Origin: Clostridia bacterium
Lineage (GTDB): Bacteria > Bacillota > Clostridia > Oscillospirales > CAG-272
Assembly: GCA_017461475.1 (NCBI GenBank)
Contig: JAFTXX010000014.1
Location: forward strand, 20,779 to 84,778
Direction of reading: 5' to 3'
Length of the DNA: 64,000 nucleotides
In this document: piece by piece, positions 9,809 to 20,008 of the stretch
How positions within the stretch are numbered: position 1 is the first letter of the stretch
Layout: each line of letters begins with the position of its first letter
The notes under the pieces: generated by a model
What the model saw: the letters and a program-made list of their open reading frames with translations, nothing else
The model's database searches: none
Told to the model about the DNA's origin: nothing
Position numbers and translations under genes: made by a program

Positions 9809-11218
9809 ATGGAACGCTTTTTTAAGCTCAAAGAACGAAACACCACGGTCAAGACCGAATTTATTGCGGGAATGACGACCTTTTTTGCCATGGTCTACAT
9901 ATTGATGGTAAATGCAAATATGTTTGCAGATCCGTTTGGAGACGGTTCAAATCCGTTGGGCGTTTCATACGGCGCTATCTACATAGCTACGGCTATATCT
10001 GCGGTAGTCGGTACTATCCTTGCAGGTCTGCTTGCAAATCTGCCCTTGGCGCAGGCGAGTGGTATGGGGCTGAATGCTTTCTTTGTATATACCGTGTGCA
10101 TCGGCTTTGGGCTCTCCTACGCGAACGCGTTGGTTCTTATCCTTATCGAAGGTCTTGTTTTTATTTTCCTTACGGTAACAGGACTGAGAAAAAAGATATT
10201 TGATTCCTTGCCCGATGCCGTCAGAAAGGCTATTCCTTCGGGAATAGGTCTGTTTATAACCTTCCTCGGTTTGCAGAATGCGGGCATCGTCGTGTCGGAC
10301 AGCTCGACTTGCGTGGATCTTGCGTCCTTCAATCTCCTTAACCGTAGCTGGGGCGACATAATGCCTATGATCGTGACATTTTTTACGTTTCTTGCAATCG
10401 TGATAATGAGCCACAAAAAGGTTAAAGGCGCTGTATTTATCGGAATTTTAGGCGGTATGGGGCTTTATTATCTTTTGGGATTTACGGTGAGTGGCTTTTA
10501 TGAGCAGATGAATATTCAGCTTGTAAGCCCGTTTGAGGCTTTCGGAGAGTTCTTTGATCAATCGCTCTTTAAGGTCTTTACCGATGGCTTTGATTTTTCA
10601 GCATATACAAAGGTGCACGGAAGCGCCAATCTGATACTGACGATCGTTACTACCGCGCTTGCGTTTTGTATGGTCGATATGTTTGATACATTGGGCACGC
10701 TCTATGCCGCTTGCGAAAGGGCGGGACTTATGGACAAGAACGGCGAGCCTCTCAATATGAGCAAGGGAATGCTTTCCGACGCTATCGCCACGACAGTAGG
10801 TGCGATATGCGGAACGTCAACTGTCACCACCTTTAGTGAGGTGAATGCGGGCGTCGCCGCGGGAGGACGAACGGGACTTACCTCTGTGTTCTGCGGAATT
10901 TTATTCTTTGTAGCGATGTTTCTCAGCCCGATAGCTCAGCTTATCCCGAGCTGCGCAACTGCCGCTGCTCTGATCTACGTCGGACTTCTGATGATCTCGG
11001 CTGTTACAAACATTGAATGGAATAATTTCAAGATCGCTGTTCCTGCATTTTTAACTATGGTTATAATGCCGCTTACGTATAACATATCGTACGGCATAGC
11101 ATTCGGTCTTTTGTCTTATATCGTTATCAGCGTATTCTGCGGCGACTTCAAGAAGATCAAGATAAGCTCATGGGTAATAGCATTCCTGTTTATCGCAATG
11201 CTCCTTTTGACACATTGA
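9809..11218 (+). CDS. NCS2-family purine permease (AzgA/PbuG-like)
   Basis: TTFFAMVYI, ASGMGLNAFF, DMFDTLGTL and GGRTGL motifs. Confidence 0.92.
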   Translation: MERFFKLKERNTTVKTEFIAGMTTFFAMVYILMVNANMFADPFGDGSNPLGVSYGAIYIATAISAVVGTILAGLLANLPLAQASGMGLNAFFVYTVCIGFGLSYANALVLILIEGLVFIFLTVTGLRKKIFDSLPDAVRKAIPSGIGLFITFLGLQNAGIVVSDSSTCVDLASFNLLNRSWGDIMPMIVTFFTFLAIVIMSHKKVKGAVFIGILGGMGLYYLLGFTVSGFYEQMNIQLVSPFEAFGEFFDQSLFKVFTDGFDFSAYTKVHGSANLILTIVTTALAFCMVDMFDTLGTLYAACERAGLMDKNGEPLNMSKGMLSDAIATTVGAICGTSTVTTFSEVNAGVAAGGRTGLTSVFCGILFFVAMFLSPIAQLIPSCATAAALIYVGLLMISAVTNIEWNNFKIAVPAFLTMVIMPLTYNISYGIAFGLLSYIVISVFCGDFKKIKISSWVIAFLFIAMLLLTH

Positions 11219-11308
11219 CACTTTATAGATGTTTGAAAAATAATTGCACATATAAAGTAAATTATCAATGTTTTTGATTGAAATCAAAGTAATATACGGA
11301 GGTTCCAA

Positions 11309-11818
11309 ATGATCAAGGATTACAATCTGTTTATAAAAAACGCGAGACAAATAACGAGCAGAAATTTTGATTTATTTGCATTCTCCAACGGACTTGAAAT
11401 ACGGATTCTTCCGCTTGACGACGCCATTTCACACTCGGGATTTTTGCCGTTTAACCTAAGAGCAACGTTTATCGACGGACTTATTGGCGGTGATTCCTTT
11501 ATGTCGGGGTTTGAGATTTATTTCAATAGGTTTGAGCCCGATCTTCATGACGATTCGGTAGGCAAGCTCGCAAGCGGCTCTGAGTATGAGGTTATGATAG
11601 CCATTGACGGGACAGACTCCTTTCAAGAGCTTCTTGGGTTGGTCTATTCGGCGTTTCTGTGCAAATACTGTAACGGAATTATGTACGATCCGCAATCGGA
11701 TAAGAGCTATACGACACTTGATGAGATCGAAAAGCTGATAGCTTTCGAAAAGAACAGACTTGCCCTCCTTGCAAAAAATGAAAAGCTGAACGTCCATAAC
11801 TTTGAGGGATGGAAGTAA
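11309..11818 (+). CDS. Hypothetical protein
   Basis: 169-aa ORF with GGAGG RBS. Confidence 0.65.
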   Translation: MIKDYNLFIKNARQITSRNFDLFAFSNGLEIRILPLDDAISHSGFLPFNLRATFIDGLIGGDSFMSGFEIYFNRFEPDLHDDSVGKLASGSEYEVMIAIDGTDSFQELLGLVYSAFLCKYCNGIMYDPQSDKSYTTLDEIEKLIAFEKNRLALLAKNEKLNVHNFEGWK

Positions 11819-12035
11819 TACAATACGCTTAACCGAGATATTTGCATATTTTTCAACGGCGGATTTTTTTAATTTTCGAGTCCATTCCGAAATAAAGTCT
11901 ATCTCAGATGAGAGGTAGACTTTTTTACTGTTTTTTCCCATTTTACCGCAGTTTAAAATATTTGTTTCATTAATTACTTGAAATTAATTATAAAAAATAG
12001 TATAATATAGTTACTATATGTATGATGAGGTTTTT

Positions 12036-14213
12036 ATGTATATATCCGTTTCCAATGCAGCAGAAAAGTTTAATATCTCTAAAAGAAGACTTCAGACTCT
12101 GTGCGAACAAGGGAGAATTGATGGCGCAATTATGGACAGAGGAGAATGGCTTATTCCCGATACTGCGGATAAACCTACAGACATGAGAAAAAAAAGCAGT
12201 ATTTCGTACAGTCAATTTTCATTACTTGATGAATTGACTGAAAACGGAGCTGACCTATTGACTTTGGAACAAGTTTGTGAGCTATTGTCTGTTTCAAACG
12301 CTACGGTAAAAAATTGGATCAGACTCGGAAAATTGCACCCCGAAGCTGACGGTAAAACATTCAATAAAAAATATGTAAAGGATCTTCTTGCAGAAATAAA
12401 AAGCGGAAAAGACAGCCGTTTAAAAAGCCGCCGTAACAAAAACGGGATAAGTGGAAAGGTGCTGTATAAGGATTACATTAAAAACGAAAACAACCGTGAA
12501 GTCGTCGAAAGAATTCTGAATTATTGGGAATACATTTCAGAAGAAGAATTAAGAATAATAATTGCGCATTTTGCGATTCAACTATATTGCAAAAGCGGAG
12601 GAGAGATTTTCTCAAATGGTGAACTATTTGAGAAAAACGTACCTGTTTCAAACAACGATGTGTTTAATGCATTGATTTATGATCTGATTGCAAAAGTTGA
12701 TATGCAAAGCATAGATTTAACTAATATAAGAGCTATTTTTAATTATCGGGTAGAGTTCGTTCCGTCGGAAGATACATTAGGATTTATTTATATTTCTTTG
12801 CGTAATTTGAGTCAGCGCAAACAGACAGGAGCCTATTACACGCCTGCAAAGATCGTGAATATGCTTATTGACGGCTTGAATAATTGTCTTGACTTTGAAG
12901 ATAAAACAATATGTGATCCTTGTTGCGGAACTGGAAATTTTCTTATCGGACTTCTTGAAAACGGCGTTAGTCCAAATGCTCTGTATGGTCAAGATATAGA
13001 TGAGATCAGTATTTTCATCACGCGTATAAATATGTTTTTACTTAACAATAATTTTTCAAAAGAACAGTTGGATTCTCACTTTATATGCGGAAATACATTG
13101 CAGAGTACATTTCCAACGACTTTTTCGGTGATATTGGGTAATCCGCCATGGGGGTATGATTTTACCAAGGAAGAAATTTCATACCTTGTAAATAACTATC
13201 GTTCCGCAAAGCCTAACGGCATGGAATCATATAATCTGTTCATTGAAAAGGGATTATCGATGCTTGAACAAAACGGTTATATGGCATATGTATTACCCGA
13301 AGCTGTGCTGAGTGTGACATCTCACAGACAGGCAAGGGAATTGATCGTTGAAAATACCTCATTCAAATTTGTATCTTATTTGGGGAATGTTTTTTCGGGC
13401 GTTCAGTGTCCAGCGATTATTTTAGGATTAAAAAAAGACGCCCAGAGGCATACAAAGCAATGTCGCGTTATGTTTGAAAATAAAGAATTTACCATATGCG
13501 AGGACAGAAGCGTTGATGCGTCACTGCTTTCGCTCAATATTAACGATGACGAATATGACTGTGTGAAATCGATAGCCAATATTCCGAATGGAAAGTTTCT
13601 TGCTGATAATGCCAAATTTGCTATAGGTATCGTAACAGGTGATAATAAGAAATATGTAAAAGATGAAAAATCGGATGGATGGGAAACAGTTCTGAGGGGC
13701 AGTGATATTTACAGATATTCTATAAAGGATTCATGTAACTATATACGGTTTTCTCCCAAGAATTTTCAACAGGTTGCACCGACAGAAATGTATCGTGCAG
13801 AAGAAAAATTGATTTACAGATTTATTTCTGACGTCCCTGTTTTTGCTTATGATGACAAACAGACTCTTTCGCTAAACAGTTGCAATATTTTAATTCCGCA
13901 AATTGAAGGAATGGATATTAAATATGTGTTAGCCGTTTTGAATTCAAGTGTGGCAGCCTTTTTTATAACCAAAAAATTTAATTCTGTTAAACTGTTGAGG
14001 TCTCATATCGAAGCCCTACCTATACCAACAGTAAGTGATGAGAAACAAAATGAGATCATTGAAAAAGTGGATATTATTTTGTCCTCGGATAAAAATGTTG
14101 AGGCTTTGTACGACGAGCTTGATAAAGAAATTATAAGCTTATATAATTTGAGTTCTCACCAACAGGAAATCATATGTAATTCTTTAAGTAGAAAAAATTT
14201 GTTTTTACCATAA
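12036..14213 (+). CDS. Type II amino-DNA methyltransferase (gamma class, TaqI-like) with two N-terminal HTH domains
   Basis: GAYYTP, DPCCGTGNF and GNPPW motifs, C-terminal TaqI-like TRD; N-terminal excisionase-like HTHs. Confidence 0.88.
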   Translation: MYISVSNAAEKFNISKRRLQTLCEQGRIDGAIMDRGEWLIPDTADKPTDMRKKSSISYSQFSLLDELTENGADLLTLEQVCELLSVSNATVKNWIRLGKLHPEADGKTFNKKYVKDLLAEIKSGKDSRLKSRRNKNGISGKVLYKDYIKNENNREVVERILNYWEYISEEELRIIIAHFAIQLYCKSGGEIFSNGELFEKNVPVSNNDVFNALIYDLIAKVDMQSIDLTNIRAIFNYRVEFVPSEDTLGFIYISLRNLSQRKQTGAYYTPAKIVNMLIDGLNNCLDFEDKTICDPCCGTGNFLIGLLENGVSPNALYGQDIDEISIFITRINMFLLNNNFSKEQLDSHFICGNTLQSTFPTTFSVILGNPPWGYDFTKEEISYLVNNYRSAKPNGMESYNLFIEKGLSMLEQNGYMAYVLPEAVLSVTSHRQARELIVENTSFKFVSYLGNVFSGVQCPAIILGLKKDAQRHTKQCRVMFENKEFTICEDRSVDASLLSLNINDDEYDCVKSIANIPNGKFLADNAKFAIGIVTGDNKKYVKDEKSDGWETVLRGSDIYRYSIKDSCNYIRFSPKNFQQVAPTEMYRAEEKLIYRFISDVPVFAYDDKQTLSLNSCNILIPQIEGMDIKYVLAVLNSSVAAFFITKKFNSVKLLRSHIEALPIPTVSDEKQNEIIEKVDIILSSDKNVEALYDELDKEIISLYNLSSHQQEIICNSLSRKNLFLP

Positions 14214-14259
14214 ATTAAATGCGGTATGGTGCTGCACAACGCCATACCGCATAAATTTT

Positions 14260-14997
14260 TTAATTAACACTGTCAGCCTTTTTCAAAACCGCTTTTAATA
14301 TATCCGTCTCTTTAACAGCAAAGGGAGTTAATTCATCTTCTGTCATAAATATCTGTCCCTCAAAAATTTTCACTCCATTCACGCCTGTATTTTCATTTCG
14401 GTGTTGAGGGCTCATTTTATTGGTTCTTAACAATTCTTCACTTGTCAATACCCAATAAAGTAATTTATCCCGACACGTGCCGATCCAAATAAAGACATCA
14501 CAGCATGAAGGCTTCAATTGCTGAAAATGGTATTTAAATCCTGAAGCCTTTGCCTCCGAATGTAAATAAGCTCTGCTTGTCAGGCTTCCTTTTCCTTTTT
14601 GGTCGTTGGCGCGCGAAGCCTTTACCTCTATTCGGATACCGTCGATCCAAAGATCAAATTCTCCGTCAAAATTCGGATAGACATCAGCCATAGTTTTTTT
14701 GGTGGCTTTAATAAACCGAGGAAAAAGAGAGCGAATATGTTGCTCGCCCCATGTTTGACCGTATGTACGCGGTGCCATATCAAATAACTCAAGATACCTA
14801 TTACGCCTACAGTATCCAGTGTTTAGCTGTGAATATCTGTCAAACGATATTTCACCTATTGACAGGAAATATGCCAGCAAACTGCCTTCAACGCTAAAAG
14901 GGAATAATGCTCTCTCGTTTTTGATAGCTTCAATGACTTTCGGATCACCTTTTGTAGCTTTTAGCAAGTTGTTTAATTCAACCGTTAATTCCTTCAT
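14260..14997 (-). CDS. Putative type II restriction endonuclease (PD-(D/E)XK)
   Basis: FDLWIDGIRIEVKAS motif; convergent with the MTase and coupled to the C gene. Confidence 0.75.
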   Translation of the reverse strand: MKELTVELNNLLKATKGDPKVIEAIKNERALFPFSVEGSLLAYFLSIGEISFDRYSQLNTGYCRRNRYLELFDMAPRTYGQTWGEQHIRSLFPRFIKATKKTMADVYPNFDGEFDLWIDGIRIEVKASRANDQKGKGSLTSRAYLHSEAKASGFKYHFQQLKPSCCDVFIWIGTCRDKLLYWVLTSEELLRTNKMSPQHRNENTGVNGVKIFEGQIFMTEDELTPFAVKETDILKAVLKKADSVN

Positions 14998-15218
14998 TTA
15001 TCTCTGTCCTCCAAAAACAACTTATAAGTTTCAATTCCGAGTGCATCGGCAATCCTTTGAATATTTTCGAGTGATATACTACGGCGATAACATTCAATGG
15101 CACTGATATATGTACGGTGCATACCGCATTTATCTGCAAATGCTTCTTGAGAAAGTCCTGATGCTGTTCGATATTTTTTCAAATTACTTCCAAAAACTTT
15201 TACAATATCCATGTCCAT
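14994..15218 (-). CDS. R-M controller (C) protein, XRE HTH
   Basis: FGSNLKKYR..SQEAFA..MHRTYISAIE..SISLENI, typical of C proteins; overlaps the REase start. Confidence 0.85.
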   Translation of the reverse strand: MDMDIVKVFGSNLKKYRTASGLSQEAFADKCGMHRTYISAIECYRRSISLENIQRIADALGIETYKLFLEDRDK

Positions 15219-15250
15219 ATACCTCCACGCTAAAATAATAACACAATGAA

Positions 15251-15276
15251 TACAAAAAGTCTACATACAATAAGTA
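15251..15276 (-). promoter_or_regulatory. C-box
   Basis: Minus strand TACTTATTGTA-TGTA-GACTTTTTGTA resembles PvuII-type C-boxes (GACT-N3-AGTC-TGTA-GACT-N3-AGTC). Confidence 0.6.
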
Positions 15277-15383
15277 TCGTTGTTGTAAGCTCAAAATTTT
15301 TTAATTCCGCCGTAATTTTTTCGGAACCCTCTTGACAAACAATACTATGTATGGTATAGTATTATGCAACGGGAGGTGTGCGT

Positions 15384-15710
15384 ATGGATGTTCAGATGAA
15401 AAGGGGATTGCTTGACGTTTGCGTTCTTGCCGCCATAAAGGACGAGGACTCCTACGGGTATCAGATAATCAAGGATATAAAGCCGTATATGGACATATCC
15501 GAATCGACGCTGTATCCCATTCTGCGGCGCTTGGAGGCGGCAGAGCTGCTTACGGTGCGCTCGGCAGAGCATAACGGAAGGCTCCGCAAGTATTATCACA
15601 TCACCCCGCGGGGACTTGCGCGGATAGAGGAGTTCAAAAAAGAGTGGGCGGAGATTCTTTCTATCTACCGATTTGTAATGAGGGAGGATACAGAAAATGA
15701 AAAAGAATGA
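15384..15710 (+). CDS. PadR-family regulator
   Basis: SYGYQI, ESTLYPILRRLE and RKYYHIT motifs. Confidence 0.92.
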   Translation: MDVQMKRGLLDVCVLAAIKDEDSYGYQIIKDIKPYMDISESTLYPILRRLEAAELLTVRSAEHNGRLRKYYHITPRGLARIEEFKKEWAEILSIYRFVMREDTENEKE

Positions 15711-16299
15711 CTTTTTAGACGAGCTTCGGGTGCGGTTGGCGGGACTTTCAGAGGCGGATATGAAAGAATCGATAGAATATTACAGTGAGGCGATCGACGA
15801 CCGAATGGAGGACGGTCTTTCAGAGGAGGAGGCTGTGGCAGCCATAGGATCGCCCGCGGAGATAGCTGGGGATATACTCAGGGAAATGCCACTCTCAAAG
15901 CTTGTAAAAGCCCGTGTCAAGCCTCAAAAAAAGCTGTCGGCATTTGAGATAGTATTGCTCATTCTCGGCTCACCGATATGGCTCTCACTTCTCGTCGCGT
16001 TTCTAATAGTCGTGCTTTCAGTCTATATCGTCATATGGTCGGTGGCGGTAAGTCTGTGGTCTGCCGAAACGACCGTTTTGGCTGTGGCGATAGCGATCGC
16101 GGCGCCTCTCTTGCTTTCGCTTCTTCGAGGTGATATTTGGGCGGCTGTCGCGTTGCTCGGAGCGGGAATGCTTTTGTTCGGTATCTGCATTTTTATGTTT
16201 TTCGGATGCCTGTATGCCACGAAGGGTATGTGGACGCTCAGTAAAAAAATATTTTTGGGTGTTAAATCCTGCTTTATCAGAAAGGATGCGGTAAAATGA
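15697..16299 (+). CDS. DUF1700/HAAS-domain membrane protein
   Basis: FLDELR..L..YYSEAIDD..EEEAVAAIGSP followed by TM helices. Confidence 0.85.
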   Translation: MKKNDFLDELRVRLAGLSEADMKESIEYYSEAIDDRMEDGLSEEEAVAAIGSPAEIAGDILREMPLSKLVKARVKPQKKLSAFEIVLLILGSPIWLSLLVAFLIVVLSVYIVIWSVAVSLWSAETTVLAVAIAIAAPLLLSLLRGDIWAAVALLGAGMLLFGICIFMFFGCLYATKGMWTLSKKIFLGVKSCFIRKDAVK

Positions 16300-17267
16300 A
16301 AAAAGTAATTGTAATATTTCTTATAGTCGCTTCCGTGCTGTGCGTTGTCGGAGTAGTTGTCGGAGCGTTAGGACTTTTTATGATAGGCTTTGACCTTACA
16401 AGACTCGGAACGGAGGATTTTGAGACGAATAGCTATGAGCTAACCGAGGATTTTGAAAATATCTCGATAGATACAAAGACCGCAAGCGTCAGCTTTGAGC
16501 GCTCGGATGACGGTGTGTGCAGAGTGGTCTGCAAGGAGCAGAAAAAAATAAAGCATTCGGTCGAGGTAAAGGACGGAACGCTCACAGTGAGCGCGGTCGA
16601 CAGCCGTAAATGGTATGAGCATATAGTTATATTTTCATTCGGAGAAGCAAAGGTCACAGTTTATCTTCCCGATGACGAATATAACAGCATTTCGGTAGAT
16701 ACCGATACGGGAAACGTAAAAATGCCTGAGTCTCTTTCATTTGCAAATGCCGAGATGACCTCGGATACGGGAGATATAGCTTGGAACGCGTCGGTGTCGG
16801 GAAAGCTCGGTATAGGTACTGACACGGGAGACGTAAGAGTAAACAACGTATCCGCAGGCGAGCTCAGGCTGACAAGTGATACCGGAAAGATAACCGCAAG
16901 CGCTATAACCTCTGACGGAGAGGTCAGCGTGGTGACGAGTACGGGAGAGATAATACTGACAGACGTTGGCTGCGCTTCTGCGCGCGCAGAAAGCGACACG
17001 GGAGATATAACGCTTAAAGATGTGATAGCCGCCGACAGTATTACCGCCCAAGCAGACACGGGAGAGATCGTGTTCGACCGCTCAGACGCCGACACCGTTT
17101 ACGCCGAAACGAAAACGGGAGATATTGATGGAAGCCTGCTGTCGGAAAAGATATTTTTTGCCGACAGTAAAACGGGAAGAGTCAGCGTACCGAGGACAGA
17201 GACGGGCGGCAGATGTGAGTTAATGTCAGATACGGGAGATATTGAAATAAAAATACAAAACCAATAA
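16296..17267 (+). CDS. DUF4097 beta-strand repeat protein
   Basis: Many (S/T)DTGD(I/V) repeats; canonical PadR-DUF1700-DUF4097 operon. Confidence 0.85.
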   Translation: MKKVIVIFLIVASVLCVVGVVVGALGLFMIGFDLTRLGTEDFETNSYELTEDFENISIDTKTASVSFERSDDGVCRVVCKEQKKIKHSVEVKDGTLTVSAVDSRKWYEHIVIFSFGEAKVTVYLPDDEYNSISVDTDTGNVKMPESLSFANAEMTSDTGDIAWNASVSGKLGIGTDTGDVRVNNVSAGELRLTSDTGKITASAITSDGEVSVVTSTGEIILTDVGCASARAESDTGDITLKDVIAADSITAQADTGEIVFDRSDADTVYAETKTGDIDGSLLSEKIFFADSKTGRVSVPRTETGGRCELMSDTGDIEIKIQNQ

Positions 17268-17424
17268 ATATACGGCGGTGCATTTTGCACCGCCGTATAT
17301 TATATCATGGAAAAAATGTAAAAACAGAAATAATATCTGCGGATTTTATAAAAATATCTACTTGAAAATCCATCCGATATGTGATAAAATGGTAGCATCA
17401 GATGAAACTCCAAAGGAGAGGAAA

Positions 17425-19593
17425 ATGGAAAAGAATTTTATCAAGGCGACCGAAAAATATTGCGATGTGGACTCCCACGTCGCCGCGCCGCTTATCAGAA
17501 AAAGCTTTATGCTTGACTCACCCATAATCTCGGCATCGGTGTCTGTCTGCGGTCTTGGCTTTTACCGCTTGTTCGTCAACGGCAGGGAGATCACAAAGGG
17601 ACATCTTGCGCCGTATATCAGCAACCCCGACGATATTTGCTACTATGATACATACGACCTCTCTGACGTTCTTTCGGTCGGAGAGAACGTTATCGGAGTT
17701 ATTCTCGGAAACGGCTTTATGAACTGCTTCGGCGGAGCCGTTTGGGATTTTGAAAAGGCGGTATTCAGAGGCGCGCCGAGGCTTGCGCTTGAATTTTTCG
17801 CTGCGACCGAAAACGGAGAGCTGAGCTTCTGCGCCGACAGCTCATTTAAAACGCACCCGTCACCGATCCTTTTCGATGATCTCCGCCTCGGTGAGATCTA
17901 CGACGCAAGAGAGGAGCTCGAGGGGTGGGCGGAAATAGGCTTTGATGACTCAAATTGGCAGAAAGCTCTCACCGCCGAGACACCGAGAGGTGAAATGAAG
18001 CTCTGCCGCGCCGAGCCGATCGCCGTTATAAAAGAGCTTTCTCCCGTGTCTGTGACAAAGCAGGGAGACGCATATCTTTACGACTTCGGCATCAATACTG
18101 CGGGCGTGTGCCGTCTTAACGTGAGCGCAGAGAGCGGACAGAAAATAACGCTGTGGCACGGCGAGATATTGAAGGACGGACAGTTCTATAACGCAAATAT
18201 CTTGTTCAAGCCCGAAAAATACACCTTTTATAACGACTACAATCAAACGGTACGCTATATCGCCTCGGGTAAGGGCAGAGAAGTATATACGCCGTCGTTC
18301 TCTTATCAGGGCTTCCGATACGTCCTCGTCGAGGGAATTACAGAGGCTCAGGCGACGCCCGAGCTGCTCACGTACCTCGTTATGAGCTCCGATCTTAAAA
18401 CCGTCGGCGGATTTTCCTGCTCCGACGATAAAGTGAACAAGCTGTACAATATGGCGGTGAATGCCGATCGCTCGAATTTCTTTTATTTCCCGACCGATTG
18501 TCCGCACAGAGAAAAGAACGGTTGGACGGGAGACGCATCAATGTCGTCCGACCGTATGGTGCTGATGTACGACGTTGATACCTCTTGGAGAGTGTGGCTC
18601 GATAATATCCGCAAGGCGCAGAATGACAGGGGAGAGCTCCCTGGCATCGTGCCCACAAGCGGATGGGGATTTAAATGGGGCAACGGACCGACGTGGGACA
18701 GCGCGCTCTTCAATCTGCCCTATATGCTCTATAAATTCAGGGGGGATACCGACGTTATCCGTGAGAACGCTCACGCAATGGTAAGGTATCTACAGTATAT
18801 CCTCACAAGACGAAACGAGAACGGAACTGTGTCTGTGGGACTCGGTGATTACGTGCCCGTAGGAAAGGTACGCGCAAGTGATTACGACGCTCCCGTAGCT
18901 CTAACCGACAGTGTAATGGTTATGGACGTGGCAAGAAAGGCAAACGAGATGTTCTCGACGGTCGGATATACTCACGAGGCAGACTATGCGCTCGGAATAT
19001 ACGAAGATATGAGAGAAACTATCCGTCGGGAGCTGGTAGATACCGAAACGATGACGGTAGCGGGAAATTGTCAGAGCAGTCAGTGCATTTCGCTTTACTA
19101 CGGTGTCTTTGATAAGGACGAGGAGCAGACGGCGTTCGAGAGGCTTCTTGAATTTATCGACGCTAAGAACGGCGCGTTCGATTGCGGATTTATAGGTATG
19201 CACACGATCTTCCACGTTCTCACTCGCTTCGGTCGTTCCGATATTGCCTATAAGATGATAACGGGCAGGGAATATCCATCGTATGGCAGACTTATAGACG
19301 TTGGAGAAACGGCTGTAGTCGAGAAGTTTATGCCCGATCCCATAAATTCGGGATCGCATAACCATCATTTCCTCGCAGATTACGCCCGTTGGCTCACTTA
19401 TAACGTCGCGGGGCTTGAGATGATAGACAGCCATACAGTAAAGGTAGCTCCCGCAGATATTGACGGCATAGACTTTGCAGAGGCGTGGTATGATCTTCCG
19501 TGCGGACGCGTCAGCGTAGGCTGGAAGCGCGGAGAGAATGGAGAAAAGACTATAAATGTCACCGTTCCCGACGGAGTCAAGGTCATAAATTGA
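17425..19593 (+). CDS. Alpha-L-rhamnosidase (GH78)
   Basis: PTDCPHREKNGWTGD, FSYQGFRYV and SHNH motifs. Confidence 0.9.
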   Translation: MEKNFIKATEKYCDVDSHVAAPLIRKSFMLDSPIISASVSVCGLGFYRLFVNGREITKGHLAPYISNPDDICYYDTYDLSDVLSVGENVIGVILGNGFMNCFGGAVWDFEKAVFRGAPRLALEFFAATENGELSFCADSSFKTHPSPILFDDLRLGEIYDAREELEGWAEIGFDDSNWQKALTAETPRGEMKLCRAEPIAVIKELSPVSVTKQGDAYLYDFGINTAGVCRLNVSAESGQKITLWHGEILKDGQFYNANILFKPEKYTFYNDYNQTVRYIASGKGREVYTPSFSYQGFRYVLVEGITEAQATPELLTYLVMSSDLKTVGGFSCSDDKVNKLYNMAVNADRSNFFYFPTDCPHREKNGWTGDASMSSDRMVLMYDVDTSWRVWLDNIRKAQNDRGELPGIVPTSGWGFKWGNGPTWDSALFNLPYMLYKFRGDTDVIRENAHAMVRYLQYILTRRNENGTVSVGLGDYVPVGKVRASDYDAPVALTDSVMVMDVARKANEMFSTVGYTHEADYALGIYEDMRETIRRELVDTETMTVAGNCQSSQCISLYYGVFDKDEEQTAFERLLEFIDAKNGAFDCGFIGMHTIFHVLTRFGRSDIAYKMITGREYPSYGRLIDVGETAVVEKFMPDPINSGSHNHHFLADYARWLTYNVAGLEMIDSHTVKVAPADIDGIDFAEAWYDLPCGRVSVGWKRGENGEKTINVTVPDGVKVIN

Positions 19594-19724
19594 CAGTAAT
19601 TTTGCATTTTGCGAACGAAAACTCCGTAATTTTCCGAAAAATGAATATATATCCTCTTGAAAAATTTAAAAACATATGGTATAATATATATGTCAATGGA
19701 AAATAAAAATAAAGGAGAAGAAAA

Positions 19725-19955
19725 ATGAAAAAGGTTATTTGCAAGGTAGAATATGATACCGAAGCTTCAACCCTCGTTGAAAAGCGTACATATGGCGCTT
19801 TCGGTGATGCCGACGGATACGAGGAGAGCCTTTACGTTACTGCTGGAGGTAAGTATTTCCTTTATGTAAACGGCGGAGAAGAGTCCCAGTACCCCACCGA
19901 GAACATTAAGAGAATGTCTGCGGCTAAGGCGGAAGAGTGGAAAGCGGCTAAGTGA
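19725..19955 (+). CDS. Small conserved hypothetical protein
   Basis: AAAGGAG RBS, upstream promoter, downstream hairpin. Confidence 0.75.
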   Translation: MKKVICKVEYDTEASTLVEKRTYGAFGDADGYEESLYVTAGGKYFLYVNGGEESQYPTENIKRMSAAKAEEWKAAK

Positions 19956-19967
19956 TTATACTTAAAA

Positions 19968-19998
19968 TAAAAAACGTGCGAGTTTTCGCACGTTTTTT
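19968..19998. terminator. Bidirectional terminator between convergent genes
   Basis: aaaaacgtgcga-gttt-tcgcacgtttttt. Confidence 0.8.
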
Positions 19999-20008
19999 GT
20001 CGTTATAA

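Noticed and set aside
16660-17250. Repeated gacacgggaga-like motifs
   Set aside because: Explained by the DTGD protein repeats of DUF4097.
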